64,000 nt of DNA from Trichoplax adhaerens (lineage: Eukaryota > Animalia > Placozoa). The position numbers were made by a program, and so were the translations under genes. The notes under the pieces were generated by a model. It did no database searches and had not been told where the DNA came from. It saw nothing but the letters and a program-made list of their open reading frames with translations. Of this stretch, positions 1 through 15,000 are shown one piece after another. Within the stretch, counting starts at the first letter, position 1; each line of letters opens with the position of its first letter. The stretch is from positions 4,608,008-4,672,007 of the forward strand of contig NW_002060943.1 in assembly GCF_000150275.1 (NCBI RefSeq). Reading direction: 5' to 3'.

Positions 1-1
1 T

Positions 2-91
2 AATATACCTCAAGAATTTAAAATCGATATAGAACATATTATTACATGGCAAGATTCGTCAATTCAGTCGATACCTGACGCGGTAACGTAA
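2..91 (+). CDS. Possible 3'-terminal or internal coding exon fragment of a gene entering from the left edge
   Basis: Open frame from the window edge: NIPQEFKIDIEHIITWQDSSIQSIPDAVT*. A GTAACG donor-like site also lies at 83. No homology recognised. Confidence 0.2.
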   Translation, partial: NIPQEFKIDIEHIITWQDSSIQSIPDAVT

Positions 92-3000
92 TGTTTAGTA
101 CTGCCTGCACTACTGTTTTGTTATCTCAGAATTTTTTTGCTTTTGATTAAATAAATAATCCTTGTCTCTGCGAATATGACATTTATAATCCTTTTTGCTT
201 TAATATTTCAAATCTATTTTCGTGAACTTTCATTGATATTATCGAGTTTGATATCATCTCAACTTTGCTTAATCCACTATTCCTGAATAGGGCTGTTTAA
301 TATTTCGAATGCCAATTTATGAATGCTCTTCTGATTCGTGGGGGAATTCTTTACCAGAACTAAAAAAAGTAAGGGCTAAGGTACATTTAGCACAAAGAGG
401 TAGCAAAATTACATCGAATGAAGTAGATTTTTACTACACAAGCGAATAACAAGATCATAGAAGACTGGACCATAAGTTATATTATCCGAATTGTCAGCTG
501 GTCGCGGATTATACCAATTTGTGCAAGATTAAGAGCAATTTGAACAAATTACATTCAATAATTTAATTTGATTTAGACTCTTCAATTAAAGCGATAGCTT
601 GTAGTAAGGAATAATCTGGCTGTGTAGAATATTATCCGTTCATCTGAACGGAAACTTGACTAGTTTATATTAATTATCATTCTGTTATTTTGTTATACAC
701 TGTATTATCGAGATTAGAGTGGAAATATCTATGTTAGGATAACTTTGTTTATAACTTACTTATGGTAGATTGTAGATTATCGTGGAAATGTTCCGTGATA
801 GTATATATTGTAATCTGATTATTTGCATTAGTCGTTAGATATCTATGTTCATAAATACTGTTGCTTTCATTAGGTAGCAGTAGTTAAAATTTGTCTTTGA
901 TTTATTGGAAGGCTTCAAAGTTAATATTACGAACTAGAATGCCTGAAATATTGTAGAAGAGTATTAAATGCAGTATACCGTATAATAAAATTAATTCTTA
1001 AGGTTAGTGTTTGATATAAAATGCAAGGTGTTTAGGTCTTTATGTTGTCTGCTGTAGAGGGAAAGTGTTCACGATTGAATAGATATTGCTCGCTAATACG
1101 TGGTTCAGGGAATCGACTTATTGATCGTACGCTAAGTTATTTTGTTGCAAAGCTGCTTTGTAATTGATTCGTAATTTGGTTACTATGAAATTTGGAGCAT
1201 AAAACTTTCTTAAAAGATACAGTTTGTGGACTGCATGGCATTTTCGGTGATAGATCTATTTACTAGCGAAAATACTGTAAATTATGTGGAATATACATTG
1301 AATTTTGACTTAATCGTAATAAATAATGTGTAAGTAATAAAGTAGACTGCTGTAATTAAAACTAATTCTAGCAATAACGTGATCTAAGAATGTAATCATA
1401 ATATTAAACAAAGCAATATTGAACGTGAAGTAATCGTTTGTGTTTAATAAAGTAACCGTAGATAATAATCCATTACGACGATAGAAAATATTCTTCGGGT
1501 CTATTTCCTAAAATTCATTAGAAGCATATTCTATTTTTGTAGAATTGTCACGAAACTGACTTATTAAGGCAATTATTTCCAAAAAGATCATTAAACTTAT
1601 AATGAAATGAAAAGTGTAGAGATCAAGCTACAAAACTTTAACAAACTTTGATTCTACTTTCGTTGCACTCCGGTCGACTTAACGCTAATACTTTGACACC
1701 AAATAAAATTTGGGGAAATAACCGAACAACAATTTATTACAAAACAAGAATGGAGAGAAGTATAAACCGAACAACCTTACAAATACTTAGCTTTAAGTAT
1801 TATTAAAATAAATGATTGACTTAAAAACTGTCATCGACCAAACAACCTTTCAAAAAGAAGAACGTTCTAACTTACGACAATTCGACCCCGAAGGCCTTTT
1901 AAATTCAACAAGTTCTTCAAATAAAATCTTCTTCTACTCTCTCCCTAAATTTTCTAATTGCACTATCATTTGTAGTAAAGTATTGTAATCTTTACAAAAA
2001 TCCAAAAAAATTTATATGACTATTACCACTACTTTTCTGACATTAGTATCGCTTAGTATTCGCGAGTATTGACAGTTGATGTTTTAGCGTCAGATTGTAC
2101 TGTAACTGTACGATTATAGACTACATTACAGTACTTTATCGTCATGTTATAAATCCCCTTTCTCTAAGGATAGGGTTTTGCTACTAAGTTAAATTCCTTT
2201 ACAATTTGAATAGACGATCAAATGCCCTTTCTTTAGATTAGGCATTTGCTCTAGGGCTACTTCTATAGTAATCTATATAATACCTTGTAAAATAATGAAG
2301 AAGAAAAAGATGGCGACATGATGATTTGGCAGGGTAAAACTTAAAGACACTATCACTTTCTAGGTATTTTCTATAGTAAAATAGTACTAGTTACATACTA
2401 AAAGCTATAAAGGACTCTACTTTTAGTCCTTTACTACAAACTCACTTATAAAAAGCGGCACTATCCGCCTTCTATTACAATAAGATCAGTTATTCTAGAA
2501 TAAAATCCTTTCCATCCGTGCTTAAAATTACTTCAATTAGACTAAAAAATCTAACGGCAAATAGCGAAAGCTGTGATTGCATGATAGATTCAAAGCCAAT
2601 ATAGCTATTTCTGCTCATAATGAGTAACTCTACTATCGGTAAGGTTGCTTGAAATTGACGATATTATGCAGACTTCAATACAAATACGATGATCACTATG
2701 GTTGGTGATTTCGAACCTTAGACTGCTTAACTAAAAGAAATTCAGCCGATATAATCTAATATCGGTTATTTTTGCAACGCTTTTTACTACACGAGCATCT
2801 TTACAATAGTGAGATGTAATGATGGTGTGACGGAGCTCGCTCCGAAATGAATAATATTTTGATCTAAAATGTGTAATAATATTATTATGGAGGTTGCCGA
2901 TCTCGGCAACAACCTAGTTGTTAATTGAGTTTTGTTATTAATTATCCTAGTAATATACAGCGTGGATATATATTGATTTGTGATAAGTGATAAGTAACAC

Positions 3001-6000
3001 TCGAGCTAGTTGAATCTATAGTAAGCCTGTATGGATCTGTATTGCACATTCTATAATTTAACGTGAAAGATTAGTACCGATCTTATTTGTGTGATATATG
3101 AAACTGTATATAAGCTTGATCATTACTTTTTAATCTGAGTTCCACGAAGGCTACAAAAGAGTACACTGGTACTAAGTTGCAATAGCTGGTAATAAAATAT
3201 TTAATAACCTAAACCTATCGTTGGACTCGTTGTCTATGGTATAGGAATAAGTTAGTTTTCCTTTACTGAGGATCTCCGGAGTTAGTCGGGGAACCTTAGA
3301 TAGACTAGTTTAGGTACGTTCACGAAAGCTGTTTTGTGACAGATGGCAACGTAACATGACGGTTCTTTAGAGGCCGGCAAAGCTAGCAGCTGATGAACGG
3401 CATAATAAGCTACTTATTCACGTGTTAAATCATATTATCTTACGACTTTGATACTATTAGTTTTGTTAGATGCTGATAGTAGATGAAATACCGTAATCAT
3501 AAACGGCGATGCGTAGTAGTGAGTGGAGAAGTTGGCCTACTATGGTCAATCTACCGTTCTAATTAACTGCTGACTTAAAAGAACAAGAATACTTATTGCC
3601 TGCGAAGTCATAGATGTGGTTGTTGCTTAACTAATGCACGGTAACTATTGTTTATAGTATTGCACATTATTTTTCTCCATTGATGAGTAAGATAATATTT
3701 AGATTTTAGGTTTACTATCCTCGACGATATCGCATAATCAGGAGATGAGATCATTCCGAGCACGTATTGTGAGCTGATAATGTGCCAAATACTTTAAAAC
3801 TTGAAACGTACTGCAAAAGGTGAGGTTATAGATTATTTATTAGCACGACACTTATTCTACAATTCTTGTAAAGTATACAGGGTATATATCGTCTATGAAT
3901 AGCTACGAATGTAAGTATAGTTCATGCCCAGTAATATCGACACAATTAGAAGGTATTTAGCACTACATCTTTGTGATTGCTTTATGATATTTATTTATAA
4001 AATTTACAAGTCTGATTAAGTGAGTTTGACAATATTACTTGACCAGATTATGAATATTAGATCAGAAGTCTAATATTATATTGGCTTGATAAGTTCTTGT
4101 ACTCGCTCATTACTTCAAATACATAGTGGAGGGCATGCACTGTGCTATTTATCAAGACCCAGCTACTTGACAATTAGTATACTAAATAACAGAATCGAGC
4201 TTACAATTTTAAGAGTCTTTATTTACGGCATTAAATTATCTTTATTTCCTTACTAAAATTAAATGGTGATATTTAACAAAATTAATATATCTAATATGCT
4301 ACGAAAAAATGAACCCTTTATGTTTATAGCTATTAACTATTCAACTGCCAATTTTGAAGCAGGCGCCGTGAAAACTATCGCCTTTTTAAAGTTTAGTTGA
4401 TTCTTCAAGTAGGCAGTACCATTACTATTTCTAATCAATTTAAAGGTTTTCGAAACCTTTTAATCTTTGCATTCAAAATCGAATTACTCTTTTGTAGCAT
4501 TATGATAAATTGATTACTGAGTTTGCAACACTTATTCTGATAAATATGAGTCTTAATTTTATTCGCCATTTTCCTTAATTTTTCTTTGCTACACTTGATT
4601 AATTCCTGACTGCGTCCCATTCTACTGTAATTCATCCTAAAGTGGAATCTAAAATAATACAATATTTTATACCATGTTAAGATTTCTGATTAGGTATATT
4701 CGTTCAAAGGAAAGTTTAAGGCTTTGCTAGACTGAGATTTCTTATACGATGCAATATTCCCTTCTATGTATTTCACTACTAAAACTCTATCAGTGTGGAA
4801 AAGCAAGGACTTAATAATGGTTTGACTTCAAAGCTGAGTAGTTAGTAAAACCGTAAAAGGAAAATAGACGCCGTTCCTAAGCATGAACTTATGTTTAGCA
4901 CTTATAGTCTAATCTAGTATAATGATTTATATTGTATTACCCTCGTCTTCAAATTTACGAAAGTTTAAAGCAGTAAATATATTTGCTCTTCGTGCTATAC
5001 GAGTATATGCATATGAAATTGTTCCAATTCTAAAGTATATTTGATATCAGATTTTTAAACGTTTGAACTCTCAATCTAGAGTTAAAAATTTCTGAAACTT
5101 AAATTTTTAGTGTAACGCAAAGCACGATTTCGAGTTAGAATTTAAATTATTGAGCTGCATTTAGGATTGATCTGTAAATTATCTCACTGTTTTCTTCTTT
5201 ACCGCTAGAGAGAAGAGTTCGATTTCCTTAGCAATTACCATTAGAAGTTTAGATAATGAACAATCATAAAATTCCTTTCGAATGATTATTGTAAGCACAA
5301 TATATTTAGAACTAGCTGCAAAATGTTTTAAATCAAATATTAAGTCCTATGATAACTTTCGCATGAATTAATGTCGTACTGTAGCAAATATCTTCTAAGA
5401 ACCTACTAAGCACTAATCCATTAAAATGTCATAATTTGTTAGGAATTTCGTTGGTTCGATCATGGACTACTAAAAGAAGCACAATTTACTAAGTTACTTC
5501 GCTCTTTCTATTAGGCGATTTTTCCTTAAAATTAACTTTAATCTACAAAATATTACCTTAAATGAGTCATATAAACCATAAACGAGTTAAAATTAGTACT
5601 CTACTGCCAAGAAAGCAGACCCAAGATGTCCACACTAACTCTGTATTTTTTTACATTCCGAGACTACTTTCTACAGCTTTAGGGTTTTCATCTGTGTCCT
5701 GTCTAGGTTTTCTTTAGTAGTACATGGTTTGATGCGTATTTGCGTGTTCATGTAGCATCATTCATAATTAAAATAAATAAACTGAAATACTTCCACTAGA
5801 TTATTGCGTGCGTTTCTCTTATTGCTATCAATTTTCGATACCGAGTGATCTACCTTTATCATGTATTGATGCTGTAGGATCAAGGCGAATCCCAAAAGAT
5901 AAATTTAGTCTTACATTATATTAAAAATTCCTTATGAATTTTTATATACATTAAAAGTTTACAATGTACGGCACAATCTTGAACTGAATATACGGTACGG

Positions 6001-9000
6001 GTAGTACGGAGTGTAAGGTCGGTAGTTTGTTAATAATTGTAATTGCTCTTGTAAAATAGGTACAATCACATGTTTTATCGATTATCAACATTAAAAACTA
6101 CTATATATTGCTGAAAGCATTTGCTAATCACATTACTCTTTCTGAGTTCATAATTTCGCTCTAGCTTAGTTATCTACTCGATTTCTCCGTTCATGTACAA
6201 TATGTAAACAATAAATTTTCATTTTATGCAAAACCAGCTAATTGATAGCATAATTACATATTTTATAGTAATTATTAAAAAGTCCCTAATATTTAGATAA
6301 ATTTATGACGACAGTATCTATATATAATACCTGCTACATACCGTAGATAAATTGTGACCGGTAAATTCTCATTTAACTTACTGTGATAAAGCAAATCAAA
6401 TTTTTAAAGCTTGTAGAAAATATGAATTTGTTATATCTTTATACGAAGACGTAAAGCACAGCTCTATTCTAGCAGAATACAACTATAGGAGTTCAGGTCT
6501 TCTAATAAGTCACCTATGTGAACCTTCATTATGATATTTAGTCATAGATAACATTAGAGGCAAATCAGAAGATGAACTCACTATTAATAGCATATCGATT
6601 TATTTCAGTGATTAACTACTAGCTTATATGGCCATGGGGTGGAGTCCTGTCGGAAGCTAATTACTATCAATAAACAGTCCAGCGTAGATGAATGTCACCT
6701 TTAAAAATTAAAAGCTGCTGTGGATATCCATATGAATAGCCTAAAGTCGGCTTTAACGTCATTGTGGATAATTTAATAATTTATTCAGCAACTGTCAAAT
6801 AATCCAGATTATTGCGAGAATAGTGAGTAATAAAATAATTTTTTGCGCTATAAATAAAAAGTACCATAATTGTTTACATTCGGTGCGGTCGATTCGTGAA
6901 CCTAATAATACTGTATTACCGTAATCTGGACTAAGACTACAGTAATTAGACCTAAGAGTTCAAGCTAATAGCTATTACTGTATTATATATGAGTCCATAC
7001 CTTGCTGTAATAGTATCGTAAGACATTAAGGCTGGAAGATAGAATCTTTTTGCATTTTTACTGTTGAGTGCGCTGGCTAAATTACAATAGCAGACTTTAT
7101 TTGTAAAAGAAATGGAATATGCATCACCTAATTTTTTTCCAACTCTGGAAATAGAAATACAACCACAGGTATCTTATCACGTTTCTGAGATCCGACTGCG
7201 AAAATACAGGGTTGTAGTTAGTTCTAAGTCAAAAATTTGCCGAGTTAAACAATGAACTTGATGATTTACTACATGTAAGCGTATTTCTTAAATTTGCAGA
7301 ATTTGATTTTTTATAAGGAGAGTCACGGATTTCGATATGAATCGGAGCTTAATGCAGCTCATGGATCTTTGAAAGGCAACAGACCCCAAACAGCATGCTA
7401 CCCAACTATAAAGGTGATAGTTACTTTCAGCATCTTGTAACCAATCATTTATAATAAACAGCTTTAGAAAATACGATAGTACTGTATTATGCATATAGCA
7501 CTTACTGCTAGGAGTAGGAGATAGAATAACAGATACAGAATTTGCGATAAAGAAAATATTATTGTGATACGTAGCAATCAATTATTTTTACCAATTCTCA
7601 TTGATATATAAGTTATAAAACTGCCTATATAATGACTTTATTCACGCTGAATCTTATTATATATTTAAATTGGATTAATTTACCCTGGAATTTCTTTCTT
7701 TAAAGAAAAATTGTCGTTAATAATCGCTTATAGATACGCCATTACTACGGTCCTGAAACAGTATATGTTCTACTACTGAATACTACTGTCACGAACAGAG
7801 GATACTATATGCCGCACTATCATAAACTGCTTACTAAGGAAACGAACTTGTTCACATTTAATCGACAAGGAGTTGTAATTCCGATCCCCACTAAACAACC
7901 CGTTGATGTAATCATAGTTAACTTTAATACAAGAAATAGACAGAGCTATAGGTATTTTATTTCTTTTAGTAATTGACCACACACTGTCAGATACTACTGG
8001 TAAATCTTAACACGTACATCTGCGGTATCTTAATTAAATAAGTTTCAGAAACATAATGAAATTTAAGTCTAAATAATATAATTTTCAAGAGCTGAAAATT
8101 GTTCGATGCTTGCAATGCGAAGAAGAACTATCCTTAGAGCAAATTTAGGCGACCCTTTCCATGTTGGATGATTATATCCACAAAGATGGTCTAAATCGTA
8201 TGCAAAGAGGTTCCGTTTTGAATTTTTTTGGCCAAGAATACCAAGGTCTGGCTGCTACTGTAATAAATTTTGTCATAATTAATGTAATAATATATTTAAT
8301 TTACGAAATGATACTCATAGCATGCTTTCGGGATTAAAACTCTGCCAAATGCATCTACTCTTTTAAATAAAATGTAATTTCGCCTACGACATACATTATT
8401 ATTTACTAAATGTAGTAAATGGTAAAATTTCAAACGTCATTCAATCCCGTTAGATAGTATTTTTGCTTTGATTGATGGATACAAAATATCCCAGTCTACT
8501 CTGATTTTATAAATAATTAAATACTGAACTTTTTCAGCTTTAAAATGTCTTAATGTACTGAAATCTAAAGTATTTCTCATTCATTTTAAAGGAACATATT
8601 CCGTAAATGAAATTATTCCCAATGCAGTTCGATTATTGTTTCTAGCAGTACCTCAACTTGAAACAGTTTCTTCGCCTATACTACAAGTGGTTTCAAAGTC
8701 AGTCCTTGATTCAAGTAATACAGTAACCTGATATGAATATAAGTAATGTTCATTCAAATTGCGTATTAAATTTATTAAAGCCATTGATTATAAATAACTT
8801 ATGAACAAGGAATTAAAATTCCGCAGTTGACACAGATGGCATATGATGTTGTTGGAGACAAGATACTTGTTAATATCTCGTTCGAGACTGACTTAGATAG
8901 AAATCGACTACCTCTTTTAGCGGTATTTGAAGTTGATGGTTAGTAGATGAAATTGTTCTGTTGACTATGATCATTTTGTATTACTATTAGCAGGATTCTT

Positions 9001-12000
9001 GCGATTTTATAAATCAGGGTAGCAATAAGAACAAATGTGTAAATGTATTCGGTTATTATTATATCACGCATAATTTTTTAGATTGTTCGCTATTGTTGCA
9101 GCACACTATTAAATAGCAAGATTTATTTTTCATTAATGAGGTAATTATTGTATCTTAAATAATAAATTATTAGTAACAAGTTAAATGTCTCGATTGCAAA
9201 AGACATGTTTACTGCTGCACATGTAACAGTATTTTTCCGATTATTGACGCTTAAAATTGCTTCAATTTTTTGTTGCCTTTAGAGATATATTGTAATCGAA
9301 ATGGATTCTTCCTCTTTTGGAGATAGTTATCATCAAATAGCAGTTGCATTATTTTTTAGAGTCGCTAATCGACTGAAACAAAGTAATCGGCTAACATTTA
9401 CCTTGTAATTTTAATCAGTTTGTCATGGTAAAGCTTAACTTAAAGCAATTTCAAAATTCTCATGCCTCGCTGACAAAAAGCTTATTTTAAATATCAGTAG
9501 TTAAAAGTAAATAATTCATTAACTGATACAGCGATATTATATGTTACTAAGAGTGTTATATTAATAAATGTGTCAGATAAAACAGGAGAAATTACAGTCA
9601 GGTTTACTTGGTATTTTAGGCAGCAAAGCGATGAAACTTAAGTACACATGTTTCTTTCCATGCGTTATTGATTCGGTAAAGATTAAAATTTTTATTTAAT
9701 GGTGGTATTTTAACGATAAAATTAAACTAGATCAATTTTTTATCAAATCCTTGTCTTTAAACAAAGTATTCACTAAACAAAATTAATTGCAAAGCACGTG
9801 AAGTAGAAAATGCGCAATAATTTTAAATTTACGCAACGCTCGTTAATTGGTCTATTAATTTTAACTTTTATCTTAGCCTCCTTTGCCTCTGATTTTAGCT
9901 AATAAGTAATTACGGTTCATGAGAATAGTAACTTTATTTTCAGCTTTGATCATTATTAAAAAATAACACTTCATCATTTTGATAATCTTATTGCGATCAT
10001 CTTGCTGCTGTAAATTAATAACTTTCTCAATAGTAATGGAATCATGCTAGAAATCTCCTTATGGGATAGCTTTGATTAAATATTTTTATCAGAAAAGTTC
10101 TAAAATTATTTAGTTTTTTAAGATTTTGTTTGCAACCCGAATAACACAAAAACAAACGTATAGAATCTCTATCTTTTAGTTTAAAGCTAAAAGCTAAAGC
10201 ACTTAAGCCTTAGAGAGATTTAAAAATCGAAGGAATTAGTAGTTCACCAAAAGCTTTATGATTTATGATGTTAGAGATTTATTTCTGTGCTTTTATTATC
10301 GTATTGCTAGTTTAGAGCGAAGATCATGATATAAAACGTAATCCTAATCCTAATAATTTTATCGTATTTTAAAGTTCATGAAGGTCAATTTTTGACAATT
10401 TCTTTACCGAATTACATGCGTGTCATCAGTAATCATGTAATTATAATAGCCAGAAAACTAGAGAACGTTTCTTATTATAGCAAGTAGAACATACAAATAT
10501 TTTGACAGTCTCTTCTTGCAAAGAAATACCTTTACTTATAGCATTAAAAGCAGAGTGAAGTGTAGCTTAAAAATTTAATATCTCTTTTTAAGATTTAACA
10601 AAAATTGTTAGTAACTAAAGGAAGCATTATTTGCTTGCTATAGCTTATTTTCGACTTTTTATAATTGGTAAGGTAAGTACAGTAATAATCCTGCTTTTAA
10701 CAACCTACTCTATATTTGCTAAGTTACTTATTTTTGCTTAATATGATAATGGCCAAATAAAACAGGATAACCAGTAAAATAATTTAACAATTACTGAAAT
10801 CTATTACTAATAATAAAAATGACTCATCGAGTAAGACAGTTTATCATACATAATAGTAATCATCGGCTTACTTCTAGATAGGCGTATAGCACGTTTGCAA
10901 CGTAGGAAAAAAATCTAGTAGCGAACAATATGGCCGGAATTAGAAGATTTCTTGAAATTACTTCCAAAAGCAAATACTTTAACATATAAGCTAACTAATC
11001 TTTACGATATTTTAGAATTTTAGCAATTTTATAAACTAAAAGTTGGAATACAGTAAATAATCAGAATGCATTAATTAATAAGTGACCGCAAGATTTTACC
11101 ATCGCTTCAATTTGGTATGCAGATGAAATTGTCGTTTGTTTATTTTGACGTGAATGGCTATTAGCATTTTATCCTAGCCTCGTGTTCGTTAAATAGCTCA
11201 TCCTACTTAACTGCAGATCTTAAATGGCGGTTAGTAACCTAACATTATATAGTCAATTAGGTAAAAATGCCTATAACTATTAATGCAAGACTTCTCTACT
11301 ACATCTTACACCATAAACGTAAATGTAAGACGATTTTAGGACTTCGATACCGGTAGTACGATTTTGTACTGAAGATAAGCTAAATGAGTCAACCTGTCAG
11401 CCGAAAATGAATTACTAACATTATTATATAAGATTAATGAATACGATCGATAATAATAATCTATTGAAACAGCTAATTAATATCACTCACCTGATCTTGC
11501 TCGGCAGGTGATTTAAATGCAGATCTGTGAAGTATTTAAAAATAATATTTAATCCTATAGGGATATTATGAATGGCACTGACCCAATTTATTGTGGTATT
11601 TCTGACAAGAAAAGGATCTTGTACAAATGGAAAATTTCAAGGCGATTTTTCTTTGTCAGAGAAAGGTAAAATAAGAAAGATTCATTTTGTTTGAACATTT
11701 TTATACCGATTACAGAAACTGTAAGAATTTACAAAATCCAATTTATGTACTAAAGATCTCTAAGAATTACTTTATTTGATTCTTCTACGATTACTGCTTT
11801 TGAACTCTAGACTTGTTTTGGAGATTTTCCTTCAAACAGTAGATTGCAAGAGGAAATGAAATCGAGACAAAGTAAGCTAATTTTAATATTGGAGTATATC
11901 TACTAGTTTTTTAGCTATCGTTTATTAGTTGCAATGATAAAATAGGCAGACTTAGAAATGTCATAAACTATCTTCCAGTATTAATTTTGAGTATAATTAA

Positions 12001-15000
12001 TGTTTTATCCTAAGTTTTCTTTGCATGATATACTTTAAAAGTAGTTAGATCAGATACTAAAATGATCAATAATTTGAAATTATGAGTTTTAAGAACCAAA
12101 CTTCTGTGAAGGTCTTGCTACATTAATAGACTTCGTTTATGATATTTATTCTGAATACTGTTCGTTTGTATTCATGTATATTATTCTGTACTAGCTGCCC
12201 ATCGATTTATCCATTCACATGCAGTTTATCATAGCCAGAGAGCTCTAAGTTAAATATGCATTCTCATTCATATTTTATATAAAATTTAAATTTAAGGCTA
12301 CTAATGCTCTCACGTTCATGAAATGCATTCCAGAGTGTATCTATATTTACTTGGTATCATCAAGCATTGCTATCAAGCTGACCGATCATACCATATCGGA
12401 CGGATTTAGTATTATTTTAAACTTTTATTCTGACAATTTTTGTTTCCATTATTACATACAAAATTTGATGACTTCATCTCCAACCGTTTATCAAATTGTT
12501 GCAGTTTCTGTCAAAAATTTATAGTATTAACTAATAAATTGTTACGGTATAGCCTTATTGTGGAGTAATTACCGATATTTGCCGGTATAGCCTATTTAGT
12601 TTATGAGATAGTTTATATTTTTGACTTCCTGCACCGTAATATATGAGTTTAACTAATTTGAAAATAGTTTTATATTAAGACCTGATACTTCTGCCAATGG
12701 CACGTTGCAATCTGACTGTCTTATTAAAATCATCAGATACCTCTATCTACAAATGTTGCTGTATTAATTAGACATTCATACATAGATTTCTTACCTGATA
12801 TATAGGCTTTAATGAAATTAATTGTAACTTTTAGCCAATGCATATAGCTGCTGTAGATAAATATGTTAGCCCAGCATTTTGTACAATAAGGTTAGTTTGT
12901 AAGTTTAGTGCTAGCGTGATGCTGAAGGTTTACAAATCTTTCATAAATTATAAAATTAAGGATGAAACATTCTCAAGTCTTTTCTGGATAGATTTTAGTG
13001 CTGTGATATGTGATTCATAGGCGAGATTTGAAGATTCTACTATTTAATAATCATATCACAGAGCTGGTTTATGCCAATAAGTACATTAATATTTTTGTGT
13101 TCACCCTTTGTTTTAGATAAATTTTATCTTAAGATCGTTTTCTATTAATACATTACTTTTATGATATTTGTACTTCGATAGGTAAATAATGCTATATATG
13201 TTAAGTTATTAGTAAATCCAGAATTGTAAAACCAATTCATTTTCTGGTAATGGCGAGTAAATTAATTAGATACCCGATCTATATGAGAGCTCAAAGTCTA
13301 GGTCATGTTCTGACCGTGGTTAATGTCATGTTGCATACGTTTAGTAATGTACTAGTGCAAAGTCCCGTCGCTTTGCTGACGGTTTAGATATTTGGTAGCT
13401 GTAACTATAGACTGTAGTGGTAGAGACTCTATGCTAGAGTACAGATGACTATATACAGTAAGCTGTTGAGTTACTAATATGGCTATAGGTAAAAATAGAG
13501 CTGTAAATCATATATTAGGATATGGTTAATTCATTGTACTTTGGCTGGTGTGAATAATGTCTACGCAAGTACTGTAGTCGTATCCATATTGGATTAATGA
13601 TGGTCCGCAGTAGAATAGCCTTACTAAGAATAATTTAACTATGTGTAAAATAAGGTAAAAGGTTGCCATGCGGATTGTAGCTGCGAATGCTACGAAAAGT
13701 ATAAAAGCATGCAACTTTAGATTATTCTGTTAGTTCGTTGTAGAAGTCTTTAGAAGTAGTATTCGGCTAGAGTAGAGCTGTGTAGTTAATCTTTGTATAA
13801 GATTCAATAAAGCCCTTATTTTTCTAAAAATTGGAAATTCGTGATTGGTATATATCACAGTATTTTAAAGTATAAAGGATAGTTATACAAATTTAGAAAC
13901 AAAAATATACGACATGTACATGTACTGCTGTTCAATTAGACTGTTTTATGTATAGCTGCGGTAATGTGTAAGATTGATTCTGATAATTCTGTTAAATCAT
14001 TACGTGTGTAGCCAGCTAGACTACAAGCCCACCAGCAGCTAGAATTAAAAATTAGTGACTGTAACTGCTTTACAAAGGTAGCGTGATAGACTGTGGAGCA
14101 AGATTGACTGCTTTATGGCTCTTTATTGCTACAAATTTAGGTATTATCCTCCAATATTCTTTTCTTTAACCATCTACTATCAGTATATCAATTTATATGA
14201 TAGCTGGCCCCATAAATACTATTTCAGTGTAATACCAAAATCAAATTAACTAGTCATTCTGGATGTTTTATCGATCTAATCAACCTTCTCTTAGGTTACA
14301 CTAGAGGTTAGCCATAATTCAAATGCTAATTGTCTTCTATACATTAGATTATAATGTAATGAAATCTAATTCTTACTTGCAAACCTATGGGTTCTACTGC
14401 TAATCATTTTTTTAGCTATATATAATTCTATCTTTGTGAAATCTAGGCATGGAAAGTAATCAATAAAACAGAACCAGAAAGAGCCTTCTGTTTGATTTGT
14501 GAGTCAAAATTACGATCTAGATTAATATCATGCGAAAATCTTCCTGATTTCTATCAGGACAGTGCTTTCATTGCAATAAGTGTACCGCAGATGCTTTGTA
14601 ATGAACAGTAACTCAATGGAATACCGAGACTATTAATTGCATATTTACTTGGTATGGTTTAAATTGATATCGATTAGTTATGGTGATTATCAATCGAGAA
14701 AATCTGTGCTGTAAATTACTGCAAATCATGACACCGTTCTGGTATTGCCGCTATTTCTATAAATTACAATAGTCTCATTAAAAGAATAAATTGAAGGCAA
14801 AAGTGACTAAATGACTTCTTCCATGTCTTTATCAAATTATTTTCAAAGATATTTCCAGAAATACCTTTATACCAATGTTATTAATGATAGGAATAATTTT
14901 AATGATTATTATATAAAGATAAAATATTACTTTGTAGGCGAAGCAAGGCGAGCAGTGGAGCAATATAGAATTACAAAATCCGGTAATTGTTTATAGATAT

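Noticed and set aside
2690-2740. tRNA T-arm-like GGTTCGAAATC on the minus strand
   Set aside because: No cloverleaf, acceptor stem or A box could be built.
11487-11660. Inverted repeats TCACCTG/CAGGTGA and TCTGACAAGAAAA/TTTTCTTTGTCAGA as MITE ends
   Set aside because: Too short, with no target-site duplication and no second copy in the window.
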